Assembly: GCA_013152715.1 (NCBI GenBank)
Contig: JAADFU010000094.1
Location: 12,610 to 76,609, forward strand
Reading direction: 5' to 3'
From: Calditrichota bacterium
Lineage (GTDB): Bacteria > Zhuqueibacterota > Zhuqueibacteria > Thermofontimicrobiales > Thermofontimicrobiaceae
DNA length: 64,000 bases
Both the position numbers and the translations under genes were made by a program. This document shows positions 17,281 through 27,029 of this stretch, one piece after another. Below the pieces are notes generated by a model. The model made no database searches. It saw only the letters and a program-made list of their open reading frames with translations, and was not told the origin of the DNA. How positions within the stretch are numbered: the first letter of the stretch is position 1; the number at the start of each line of letters is the position of its first letter.

Positions 17281-18978
17281 TTGAAAATGGCATTTCAGGA
17301 AGATCAAGTTTTTATTCAGGAACTGATAAAAAAGGGGCTGATTACAAAATCTCAAATCATTCAATCGCAAAATTTGCTCCGTACTCAACTCAGTCGGGAA
17401 GGGATTACGAAAACATTGTTGTCTCATTTTAAGCTCGACGAAACAAAACTGGCGCAATCCATTGCAGAAATATTCAACGTGCCATTTATGGAGCAGGTAA
17501 ACGGCCTTTCGCGAATGGAAGTTGACGAACTCCAGACAGTGAATATTCCCGCTGATTTTCGTTTCATTCCTGTGCTGGTTGATATTAATGAAATCACCAT
17601 TGCCATCAAGGACCCGCCTTATCAGAAATTGGTTGAGTTTGTCAAAAAAGCGACCGACAAGCACATCATTACTCTTGTGCTCAAAAATTCCGATTTTGAA
17701 TATCTCAATGATGAAAAAGTCGCGGAGAAAAAGTCGGATAAGCCGCTAAAAATTGATTTCTCCAAACTCGATGTCGAGAAGCAGGGGCTTCGATGGGCAC
17801 GATCAGCAGAGCAGACCGGATCGCTACCTTCGGCGAAGAATGTACTTGATCGCTTACTGGAGACCGCTCGCGAAACCAACGCCAGCGATATCCATCTGGA
17901 AATTACATCTCAGAACACGTTGGTCGTCAGATTTCGCTTAAACGGCGTTCTTCAGCGAGTGGTCACGCTGCCTCAGAGTTACGCCTCATCCTTGCCGAAA
18001 GTAATCAAGCAGATAGCGAGCATTGATAATTTTGAGAAAAACAATATAGCAGAAGGAATTTTTTCGGAGCCATTGAGCGGCAATAAAATTCAGTGCCGCG
18101 TAAATATTATTCCCACCGCGACCAGCGAAAAAATTACTCTCCGCATGGTCAACGACCATCTGGATATTATTCGTCTGGAACGCTTGGGGTTATCGCTGCA
18201 TGATCTGCAGCGGATTCGTCGTCTTTTGTCTTACCACAATACTGTTATTTTATTCTCCGGCCCAGCCGGATGTGGAAAGACGACGACTTTGTACTCTGTC
18301 TTGAACGAGCTCAATCATTTCACGAAAAATATTACAACCATCGAAACGCCGGTGGAAGCTCATCTGGAAGGAGTTAATCAAATTTCTGTAACGACAAATT
18401 CAGATCTTGATTTTGCTAAGGTGATGAAAGCTTTGTTTCATCATGACGTGGATTCTCTGGCTCTGGGTGAGGTTCGCAGCAAGCAAGAGGCTGAGTTGCT
18501 TTTGGAAGCAGGCCTTTCCGGAATGACTGCTTTTGCCACGATTCAAGCGGCAGACGCAATAAAAACAATCTATCGTTTGAAAAATTTTGGCGTAGAGATC
18601 GAACAATTTGCGCTCGCTCTCCGCGGCATCGTTTCTCAACGATTTGTGCGCAAGGTTTGTCCTTATTGTCAGGCAGAATATCGTCCGGATGCGGAAATTC
18701 TGCAAAACGCCGGACTAAAAAGTCTGCCGGAAGATTTTAAATTTAAGCGGGGATTGGGCTGCAAGAATTGCCTGGGGACAGGCTATCTGGGGCGCATTCC
18801 CGTTTTTGAAGTTCTCATTTTCAATGAAACTCTGAGTTCGTTGGTTTTTCAAAACAAACCATATCGCGAACTTTTTTTAGCGGCGAAACATGAAGGCTTC
18901 ACTACCCTGCGCTATGACGGACTTCGCAAAGCGCTGGCAGGCATCACCACGCTCAACGAAGTCCTTCGAGTCACTTGA
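17281..18978 (+). CDS. pilB: Type IV pilus assembly ATPase PilB / GspE family
   Basis: N-terminal T2SSE_N/MshEN-like helical domain. Walker A GPAGCGKTT, Asp and His boxes. Tetracysteine zinc motif CPYC…CKNC typical of GspE/PilB. Confidence 0.85.
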   Translation: MKMAFQEDQVFIQELIKKGLITKSQIIQSQNLLRTQLSREGITKTLLSHFKLDETKLAQSIAEIFNVPFMEQVNGLSRMEVDELQTVNIPADFRFIPVLVDINEITIAIKDPPYQKLVEFVKKATDKHIITLVLKNSDFEYLNDEKVAEKKSDKPLKIDFSKLDVEKQGLRWARSAEQTGSLPSAKNVLDRLLETARETNASDIHLEITSQNTLVVRFRLNGVLQRVVTLPQSYASSLPKVIKQIASIDNFEKNNIAEGIFSEPLSGNKIQCRVNIIPTATSEKITLRMVNDHLDIIRLERLGLSLHDLQRIRRLLSYHNTVILFSGPAGCGKTTTLYSVLNELNHFTKNITTIETPVEAHLEGVNQISVTTNSDLDFAKVMKALFHHDVDSLALGEVRSKQEAELLLEAGLSGMTAFATIQAADAIKTIYRLKNFGVEIEQFALALRGIVSQRFVRKVCPYCQAEYRPDAEILQNAGLKSLPEDFKFKRGLGCKNCLGTGYLGRIPVFEVLIFNETLSSLVFQNKPYRELFLAAKHEGFTTLRYDGLRKALAGITTLNEVLRVT

Positions 18979-19018
18979 GGTCTGGTTTAAAGTTCAAAAA
19001 AATCGCTGAAATGTTGCA

Positions 19019-19068
19019 AAAAAATGGGCTTACTCGTATCGCTTGAAAATAGAATAGCCCATTTTTGT
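19019..19068 (+). terminator. Putative bidirectional intrinsic terminator (11-bp stem AAAAAATGGGCT/AGCCCATTTTTG) overlapping the 3' end of the convergent ppiC-like gene
   Basis: Inverted repeat seen in the sequence, followed by TTTGTTTTG on the + strand after pilB. The loop is about 24 nt, which is long. Confidence 0.3.
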
Positions 19069-19623
19069 TTTGACGATAGCGCTGATTTCGCCCACTTTCA
19101 AACCGCTCAAAGTACTGTCTAATTCCGGCAAAAAATCGCCTTTGGTAATGATTCCCAGGTCCCCGCCTTTTTTAGCATTAGGACCAATCGATCGTTCTTT
19201 TGCTAATTTCCGAAAATCGGCTCCGCCATCCAGCAGCGATTTGATTTCTTTCGCTTCTTGCTCGGTAGCGACTAAAATGTGCAATGCGCGAATCGTGTAG
19301 CCTTTGATGCTAAAACGGTCTTGACTCAGCGAGCCTTTCCAAATGTAGCCGACAATCTGCACCGCAACCCAATTGCCCTGTTCGCCGAGCGCGATGACTT
19401 TCGTGCCCTGAGACAAGCGGCAAATCACTGATCCGTTGGGTGACAATCGCAAATTCTCGAAATTAGGCTTCACGTAAAGTTCGTCACCCTGTTGAATTTT
19501 GAGTTGGGCGAAAATATTGGCGCTGCTCAAAACTAAAAGCGATATTAGCATTCCCCAAAAAACTTTTCTCATTTTCTCACACCTCCGGGTTAATTTTAGC
19601 AAAAAATACTCACTCAATTTCAA
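19030..19623 (-). CDS. Secreted parvulin-type peptidyl-prolyl cis-trans isomerase (PpiC domain) with N-terminal SH3b-like domain
   Basis: Signal peptide. C-terminal PpiC signature (…ALHILVATEQEAKEI…GGDLGIITKGDFLPELDSTLSGLKVGEISAIVKTKMGYSIFKRYE). Confidence 0.7.
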   Translation of the reverse strand: MKLSEYFLLKLTRRCEKMRKVFWGMLISLLVLSSANIFAQLKIQQGDELYVKPNFENLRLSPNGSVICRLSQGTKVIALGEQGNWVAVQIVGYIWKGSLSQDRFSIKGYTIRALHILVATEQEAKEIKSLLDGGADFRKLAKERSIGPNAKKGGDLGIITKGDFLPELDSTLSGLKVGEISAIVKTKMGYSIFKRYE

Positions 19624-20537
19624 CGCGTGCTATCGTTGAAACGCATAAAATTCAGAACAGTTTCCTGCTTTGGGATGCCTTTCTGTCCCCCTAAAGTCTG
19701 ACACTTTATCGCAGCCATGGCATTGGCGGAGCGCAAATTTTCTTCCAGCCGCAATCCGCGAAGCAGTCCGGCGACAAAAGCGCCGTGAAAAACATCCCCG
19801 GCGCCGGTGGTGTCTACGACCTTTACCTGAAACGCCGGTTGAAAAACAACGCCCTTTTCATCGCCACCGTAACTTCCTTTTTCTCCGCAGGTTACGACAG
19901 CGGTCCTGACGCCAAAATCAAGTAGTTTTCTAATTGCTATTTCGTAATTATCGGTTTGAAAAAACTGATGGCAAAAGCTGTGCGAAACGATGGCATAATC
20001 CACAGCGCGCAACAGCTTCTCCATTTCCCGGCGCGGACTGCCGGCATCCAGCACAATCGGAATTTGCCTCGCCCTTGCCCAGTCAATAATTTTCCACGTT
20101 GCTGCTGTATCTCTGCCGTCGATGAGTACATACGCGGCATCGCGGACGAAATCAAGCTTCAGCTCCCGCGGCTCAACCGGCTGGTAACGATGGCTATCGA
20201 GAACAATGGATTTTTTCCCGCTCACCTGATCAATCCAGATGAACGCCTTGTTTGTCGGCATTTTTTTGTCCCGGATCACTGCCGTCGTATCGACGCCTTC
20301 CGCGCGAAAATTATTGATTACAAAATCGCCGTCGCCGTCGGTCCCTATTTTTCCAATAAAAGACGTGTCGAAGCCTAACCGAGCCAAAGCGACCAGAGCC
20401 GTGGCGCATGGACCCCCGCCTTGTTTTGAGAATTCAACGGTTTCCGTTTTTTCGTCCAATTTCGGGTATTTCGGTACGAGGCACAGGTAGTCCGCAGCGC
20501 AAATGCCAAAACCTACGCAGTCAAAATGTTTTTGCAT
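19620..20537 (-). CDS. PfkB-family carbohydrate/sugar kinase (ribokinase-like)
   Basis: PfkB signature 2 region VVDTTGAGDVFHGAFVAGLL and a Gly-rich N-terminal motif. Confidence 0.8.
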   Translation of the reverse strand: MQKHFDCVGFGICAADYLCLVPKYPKLDEKTETVEFSKQGGGPCATALVALARLGFDTSFIGKIGTDGDGDFVINNFRAEGVDTTAVIRDKKMPTNKAFIWIDQVSGKKSIVLDSHRYQPVEPRELKLDFVRDAAYVLIDGRDTAATWKIIDWARARQIPIVLDAGSPRREMEKLLRAVDYAIVSHSFCHQFFQTDNYEIAIRKLLDFGVRTAVVTCGEKGSYGGDEKGVVFQPAFQVKVVDTTGAGDVFHGAFVAGLLRGLRLEENLRSANAMAAIKCQTLGGQKGIPKQETVLNFMRFNDSTR

Positions 20538-20600
20538 TTTATTGTCATTTTTTTGCGACGATAGAAACCGGTTTTTTCAAGAAAATTGGGTTTTTATGAG

Positions 20601-22280
20601 TTACAGCGCTTCAATTTTTTCAGTCACAATTTCCAGCACTTCTTTTTGCAATTTTTCCGCGTCGGCGCGAATTTCATCGACGCGGACTCTCATTTTTTTC
20701 ACAAATTTTTTGTCCTGAATTCCGGGCAGATTGATCTTCACATTCAGTCCCGCACCTTCTACAGCAGTTCTCGCCATGAGCGCGGAAACCCCGGCGTCGC
20801 TGGCAGCGTTGTCATTTCCTTTTCCCGCTGCGATTTTTGCCAACCGCAAAACTTTCGCCGAAAATTCCATCACGCTGAGCGGCACTTCGCAGGCGAATTT
20901 TGTAGCATTTTCAATCGCCTCGCTGCGCAACGCGGCTTGTTCTTCTGTTTTTTTCTTCATGGAAAAAGCAGCCATGAGTTGGTTGAACGCTTCGGTGTCG
21001 CGATCGACGCTGCGGAGCAATTCGTCTTTAAGATGCTGCGCCTCTACTGCGATTTCGTTCATTTCTTCCCAGACAGATTCATAGCCCTTTTTCCCTGAGG
21101 TGAGATTTGCCACCATTCCGCTCAATGAAGACGCCAGCGCGCCTGCCAGTGCAGAAACGCTTCCCCCGCCTGGCGCCGGTGATTCGGAAGAAAGTACATT
21201 GGCGAAATCGCGCAGATCCATTTTTACCAGCGGACCTTTAGTTGTGCGAACCTGATATTCGATGATTTTTTTCACCGGATCAAATTCGCTCACATCGCGC
21301 AACCCCAGGGAAACAACAGCAGCTTCAATCAGATCTTCTTCCGGAACTCCGGGAGACTTCCCTTGTTTGCGCAGATAGTGTTTCCCGGCATCCAGCATTG
21401 CCTGCAACGGAATCAGTCCCACCAATTCGCTGCCGGTAACGCGTAAACCGCGTTTTTCAGCTTCTTCGCAAACCACGTCAAAAGCTACGTGCGGCGGCGT
21501 AATTTTGTAATTTGTCAGATTTATCGAGACCTGAGCCTGACCGTATTCATCGATGTACCAGCCAACAGCGCGACAGGCCGACAGCCGACCGGGGACTTTA
21601 ATTGCTTTTCCTTCTGCATCGCGAATGATTTTTCCTTCGGCGTCTCGCTTGGCGCGTCCTGCCTCGCGGATAGTCAGAGCAATGTCGTGCGCCAGTTTTC
21701 TGTCTCGTGTGTTCAGATTGACATTGTAGGCAATCAAAAATTCTCGCACGCCAATCACTGTGGCACCGGATTTTTCGTTAAAAACCGCTTCGCCGAAATC
21801 CGGTTTCCATTCCGGATCTTTCAATTTTTCCGGCAAGCCTTCGTACTCACCTTTGCGAATATCTGCCAGACTTTTCCGCTCGGGTCGCGTCGCCGCTTCT
21901 TCGTACAAGTAAACCGGAATACCCAATTCATTTGCCGTACGCGCGGCGACTTCTTTGGCAATTTGCACGCAATCTTCCACCGTCGCGCCGGAAACCGGCA
22001 CAAACGGACACACATCAGTTGCGCCCATGCGCGGGTGTTCGCCTTTGTGATGACGCATATCAATCAATTCTGCCGCCTTTTTTATTGCCCGAAAAGCTGC
22101 CTCTTTCACACCCGCGGGCGATCCAATGAAAGTAACGACAGTGCGATTGGTGTCGGCGCCAGGATCTACGTCCAGAAGTTTGACGTCTTCAGTGTCCCGA
22201 ATCTCATCAGCAATCGCTTCGATGACCTGTAGATTTTTCCCTTCGCTAAAATTTGGCACACATTCGACTAATTTTAACAT
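20601..22280 (-). CDS. ftcD: Bifunctional glutamate formimidoyltransferase / formimidoyltetrahydrofolate cyclodeaminase (FTCD)
   Basis: N-terminal formiminotransferase domain (MLKLVECVPNFSEGKN…). C-terminal cyclodeaminase domain (APGGGSVSALAGALASSLSGMVANL…). Confidence 0.8.
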   Translation of the reverse strand: MLKLVECVPNFSEGKNLQVIEAIADEIRDTEDVKLLDVDPGADTNRTVVTFIGSPAGVKEAAFRAIKKAAELIDMRHHKGEHPRMGATDVCPFVPVSGATVEDCVQIAKEVAARTANELGIPVYLYEEAATRPERKSLADIRKGEYEGLPEKLKDPEWKPDFGEAVFNEKSGATVIGVREFLIAYNVNLNTRDRKLAHDIALTIREAGRAKRDAEGKIIRDAEGKAIKVPGRLSACRAVGWYIDEYGQAQVSINLTNYKITPPHVAFDVVCEEAEKRGLRVTGSELVGLIPLQAMLDAGKHYLRKQGKSPGVPEEDLIEAAVVSLGLRDVSEFDPVKKIIEYQVRTTKGPLVKMDLRDFANVLSSESPAPGGGSVSALAGALASSLSGMVANLTSGKKGYESVWEEMNEIAVEAQHLKDELLRSVDRDTEAFNQLMAAFSMKKKTEEQAALRSEAIENATKFACEVPLSVMEFSAKVLRLAKIAAGKGNDNAASDAGVSALMARTAVEGAGLNVKINLPGIQDKKFVKKMRVRVDEIRADAEKLQKEVLEIVTEKIEAL

Positions 22281-22418
22281 ATCTTTTTCCCCATTTTTTT
22301 CAAACCAGCTTTTTCCTTTTTATCAGAAAATCATTGAATAATTTTGCAAAGCATGCGGATGAACGCCAATTTGGCTGATTTTTCCCGAATAGTAAAAATT
22401 TTTTTTCGGAAAATTGAC

Positions 22419-23603
22419 TTAGCTCACCAAAAACAACTCCATTTGCCGCGGCGAAAGGAATTCACAGCCATTTTCCGTCACTACCACTTCTTCCTCAATC
22501 GTGGCGACGCCGTAGCCCTCACAAGTCACGCGCGGCTCCAGCGTGTACACCTGACCCGCTTCGACTTTTAAATAGGGCAGATCGCCGTACCGTTCCCAGA
22601 TCGGACAAAGCACTCCGGCGCCATCGTGAGCCTCTCTGCCAACCTGATGGCCCAGCGCGTGCGGATATTCGTCAAAACCGCAATTGACGATGTGTTGCCT
22701 GGCGACATTGTCAACTTCCCAGCCTTCGACACCTGGGCGGAGAAATTCTGCTGCTTTGGTAATTGAATCCCGCACTGCTTCAAACGCCTTTTTCACGGCA
22801 GCCGGCGCTTCTGTTTCTCCTTCACGCAAAAAATACCACGTGCGCTGCAAATCAGAGACGTAGTCAGCTACGCGCACGCCAAAATCCATATTCATGATGT
22901 GACCGCGCTCGGTTTTGCGACCCGTGGGACCGTAATGCGCTCCGGCAGTATCGGGGCCGGTAAAAACTGATGGGCAGGATGTCGCATCCCAGGACAGACC
23001 CACTCCCAATTCATCCACGCGTTTTAATACAAATTGGGCGATTTCTTTTTCCGACAGCCCTGGTTTCAACATGCGCGTTACTTCAGCGAAAATGTCAATG
23101 GTAATGTTGATCGCTTTTTTCAGACGTTCCAATTCAGACAGCGATTTCCGTCCCCGAAGTGCAGAGATTATTTTCTCCGCCGAGGTGAATCGATTGGCGT
23201 AATCGGTGTCTTTCAGATAATCGTTGAGCAGAAGGAACATCCCATGCGTCAGACCATCGGAAACGTGGTCATTAGTAGAATAGTTCAAAGCAATGGATTT
23301 TGGATTCAGGGCAGAAATTTCTTTGAGCAAGTCCTCTCTGAGGGAGGCTTTGTAACTAATCACTTTGTCGTAAACGCCAAGGTCGTTCACCGCGGAATAA
23401 TCCAGATTCCCGACAATAGCGGTTGTTTTTCCGGTGGCAGAAATCAAAAAAGCCGATTGCCAGGTACAAGTCCCGTCGAAAATCAGCGGCAAACTGGGAT
23501 CGGTTAATGTGTGACTTTCGCGGACAAAAATGAGCCAGAGATCAATATTTTTTTCTTGCAGAATGCGAATTGCCTGATCGAGTTTTTCTTTAATCATTTT
23601 CAT
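22419..23603 (-). CDS. M24-family metallopeptidase (Xaa-Pro dipeptidase/aminopeptidase, creatinase fold)
   Basis: Pita-bread fold metal ligands in conserved context (…DFGVRVADYVSDLQRTW…, HALGHQVGREAHD, …TLEPRV…EEEVVVTENG). Confidence 0.8.
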   Translation of the reverse strand: MKMIKEKLDQAIRILQEKNIDLWLIFVRESHTLTDPSLPLIFDGTCTWQSAFLISATGKTTAIVGNLDYSAVNDLGVYDKVISYKASLREDLLKEISALNPKSIALNYSTNDHVSDGLTHGMFLLLNDYLKDTDYANRFTSAEKIISALRGRKSLSELERLKKAINITIDIFAEVTRMLKPGLSEKEIAQFVLKRVDELGVGLSWDATSCPSVFTGPDTAGAHYGPTGRKTERGHIMNMDFGVRVADYVSDLQRTWYFLREGETEAPAAVKKAFEAVRDSITKAAEFLRPGVEGWEVDNVARQHIVNCGFDEYPHALGHQVGREAHDGAGVLCPIWERYGDLPYLKVEAGQVYTLEPRVTCEGYGVATIEEEVVVTENGCEFLSPRQMELFLVS

Positions 23604-23656
23604 GAAAATGCCTCGTTGACTAATTTAGTTGAATAGAAGTCATCAGATAAAAAGAA

Positions 23657-23690
23657 ACCGAGAAATAAAATCCTCGGTTTCTAATCAACT
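23657..23690 (-). terminator. Intrinsic terminator for mdh (stem GAAACCGAG…CTCGGTTTC followed by a T-run on the minus strand)
   Basis: Hairpin plus TTTTTAT run read on the reverse complement just downstream of the mdh stop. Confidence 0.45.
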
Positions 23691-23708
23691 TTCATTTCAT
23701 GTTCAAAA

Positions 23709-24656
<948 letters not shown>

Positions 24657-24787
24657 TTATTTGAATTGAGTGGTCTTTTATTTAAAAACTAGAGCTATTC
24701 ATTTTCGAACAAAAAAATGGTGTCCACTGCCGGTTGATATTCCTGAACAAGCAATCAGGGCAATAGCACACAGGCAAATGTGAAAAT

Positions 24788-25042
24788 TTATGCCGGTAAA
24801 ACGCGCACCCGCTTTTTCGATTTTCCGTGCGTAGTGTACTGAACTTTGCCGTCAATCTTGGAAAACAAAGTAAAGTCTCCGCCCATGCCTACGTTTTCTC
24901 CGGCGTGAATTTTGGTTCCGCATTGACGAACCAGAATGCTTCCGGCGGTTACTTTTTGTCCGCCATACACTTTGACGCCGCGCATTTTTGGTTTGCTATC
25001 GCGTCCGTTTTTAGAGCTTCCAACGCCTTTCTTGTGAGCCAT
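24788..25042 (-). CDS. rpmA: 50S ribosomal protein L27
   Basis: [16 protein letters not shown]…[15 protein letters not shown], unmistakable L27 sequence. Confidence 0.95.
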   Translation of the reverse strand: MAHKKGVGSSKNGRDSKPKMRGVKVYGGQKVTAGSILVRQCGTKIHAGENVGMGGDFTLFSKIDGKVQYTTHGKSKKRVRVLPA

Positions 25043-25064
25043 TTTTTATTTCCTCCAAAACGCT

Positions 25065-25379
25065 TTATGATAAAATAATATCTTCAATTTTTAAACGAGT
25101 AAAATCCTGACGATGTCCTTTTTTAAGTTTATAAGCTTTGCGCCGTTTTTTTTTGAAAACGATGACTTTTTTGCCACGCTCATCGCCGACAACAGTAGCT
25201 TTGACTTTTGCGCCTTTTACAACAGGATTTCCCACATGAACTTTTTCTTCGTCCGATGCAAATAAAACCCGATCAAACTCGACTTCGCTTCCGGTCTCCA
25301 CATGCAGCTTCGGCGCGACAATTTCATCGTTTTTGTGCACTTTGAATTGCATCCCGGCAACTTCAACAATTGCGTACAT
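25065..25379 (-). CDS. rplU: 50S ribosomal protein L21
   Basis: MYAIVEVAGMQFKV… canonical L21 N-terminus. The ORF track starts 5 codons earlier (MEENL); MYAIV is the likely start. Confidence 0.9.
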   Translation of the reverse strand: MYAIVEVAGMQFKVHKNDEIVAPKLHVETGSEVEFDRVLFASDEEKVHVGNPVVKGAKVKATVVGDERGKKVIVFKKKRRKAYKLKKGHRQDFTRLKIEDIILS

Positions 25380-25479
25380 TAAATTTTCCTCCAAATCAAA
25401 TATCTTAATATGACTACTTTTTTTCTCAAATTATCAGCGATATTCAAGATTTTGAATATAATAATTTTTATTCATTAAG

Positions 25480-26997
25480 TCAAGATTTAAATTTGTCCGT
25501 GATGTCAATATTTTGCTTTTTTGAGAAAATTTGAAATTCATCGAATTCCAAATTCCAATCGCCAGCTACCTCGATCTTCAAAAAGTAACGCCACATCAGC
25601 CGCCGGATCGGACTTTTTATTCCCTGAGTGAGGTAAGTTTTCATCTCCGGATGCGTGACGATTTTCAAACGGCGCTCTTTCGATTTAGCGCGAAATCTCT
25701 TGATCCAGCGCTCTATCTGGCTAAAAACAGCGCTTTTTGACGTAATTCTCCCCAAACCACCGCAAGTTGGGCATGTTTCGCTGAAGGCGTACATAATACT
25801 CGGCCTGATTCTCTCGCGCGTCATTTCAATCAAACCAAAATCGCTCAATGGCAGAATGTTTGCCTGCGCGCGATCTTTTTTGAGTTCACTTTTCAATTCA
25901 TCGTGAAGACGCTTCTTATTTTTTCCTTCCCGCATGTCGATGAAATCAATGACAATAATGCCGCCAAGATCCCTTAAGCGCAGTTGACGAGCGATTTCCT
26001 TTGCGGCTTCCAGATTGATCTTTAGCGTGTTTTGTTCCTGTGTTTTTTTGCCGATAAATCTGCCGCTGTTCACATCAATGGCGCACAGCGCTTCGGTCTG
26101 ATCAATGATGATGGATCCGCCGCTTTTGAGCTCCACCTTGCGGGAAAGGCTGTTTTGAATTTCATCCTCAATTTTGTAATGGTCAAATATCGGCGTGGTG
26201 CGATCGTAAAACTCGACAAGGCCTGCCATCTCGTGCGCCACATCTTTGAGATAGGTGACAATTTTTCGGTACAATTTTCTGTCATCCACAATCAGGCGCG
26301 TCATGTCGCGAGTGAAAAGATCGCGGATGACGCTCGATGTCATGCCCATGTCTTTGTACACCAATAGCGGCGGCTTATTTTTTTTGATTTTTGCCTGGAT
26401 TCTTTTCCAGGTCTTTTTTAGATTCTCAACATCTTTTTCCAACACCATTTTGTCTCTGCCGTCGGCGACGGTTCTCACGATCAAACCGAATCCCTCCGGC
26501 CGAATTTCCCGCGCAATTTTGCGCAGCCGCTTTCTCTCTCTGGCGCTATCAATTTTTTTGGAAACGCCAATAAATTTTGAATTGGGAACCAGCACTAAAA
26601 AACGACCCGGAATCGAAATCTGAGTCGTCAGGCGGGCCCCTTTGGTGCTGATTGGCTCTTTGATGATTTGGACAAGTATTTGTTGCCTGACGCGAATATC
26701 TTCTGGCGCGAGCGCCTGCGTAATGTGTCCTTCTTCGCCAGGGTCAATCATTGAACTCACTGTAGAAAAAGATTCGCCAATGTCGGAAAAGTGGAGAAAA
26801 GCGTCTTGCTTCAAACCAATATCGATGAAAGCCGCGCGCATTCCGCGCACGACATTGACGACTTTGCCCAGGTAAATATCCCCCACCATTCTCTCATTGT
26901 CTGGCATCTCCACAAAAAGTTCTGCCAGACGACCGTTCTCTAAAATGGCGATTCGTTTCTCTCCGATCGCCGCGTTTATTAGAATCTCTTTATTCAT
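25480..26997 (-). CDS. rng: Ribonuclease G / RNase E-G family endoribonuclease
   Basis: N-terminal S1 domain (GDIYLGKVVNVVRGMRAAFIDIG). DNase I-like and Zn-link regions (…IIDQTEALCAIDVNSG…, CPTCGGLG). Classic rng-rplU-rpmA arrangement. Confidence 0.85.
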   Translation of the reverse strand: MNKEILINAAIGEKRIAILENGRLAELFVEMPDNERMVGDIYLGKVVNVVRGMRAAFIDIGLKQDAFLHFSDIGESFSTVSSMIDPGEEGHITQALAPEDIRVRQQILVQIIKEPISTKGARLTTQISIPGRFLVLVPNSKFIGVSKKIDSARERKRLRKIAREIRPEGFGLIVRTVADGRDKMVLEKDVENLKKTWKRIQAKIKKNKPPLLVYKDMGMTSSVIRDLFTRDMTRLIVDDRKLYRKIVTYLKDVAHEMAGLVEFYDRTTPIFDHYKIEDEIQNSLSRKVELKSGGSIIIDQTEALCAIDVNSGRFIGKKTQEQNTLKINLEAAKEIARQLRLRDLGGIIVIDFIDMREGKNKKRLHDELKSELKKDRAQANILPLSDFGLIEMTRERIRPSIMYAFSETCPTCGGLGRITSKSAVFSQIERWIKRFRAKSKERRLKIVTHPEMKTYLTQGIKSPIRRLMWRYFLKIEVAGDWNLEFDEFQIFSKKQNIDITDKFKS

Positions 26998-27029
26998 AAT
27001 TCCCTAAATTTTTTGAGTGATTAATTTTT

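Noticed and set aside
17281-17450. MshEN-type c-di-GMP binding motif in the PilB N-terminus
   Set aside because: Only a loose resemblance to the RLGxxLxxxGxIxxxxLxxAL repeats; it is mentioned as a hypothesis and not annotated as a feature.
20586-22232. Long antisense ORFs (20586-21098, 20731-21084, 21489-22232) opposite the FTCD gene, and similar antisense ORFs opposite rnr (46632-47414), korA (31775-32314) and the carboxyltransferase (33944-34843)
   Set aside because: Each lies fully inside a strongly supported conserved gene on the other strand. Compositions are low-complexity (Phe/Arg/Cys-rich) with no motifs. They are shadow ORFs.
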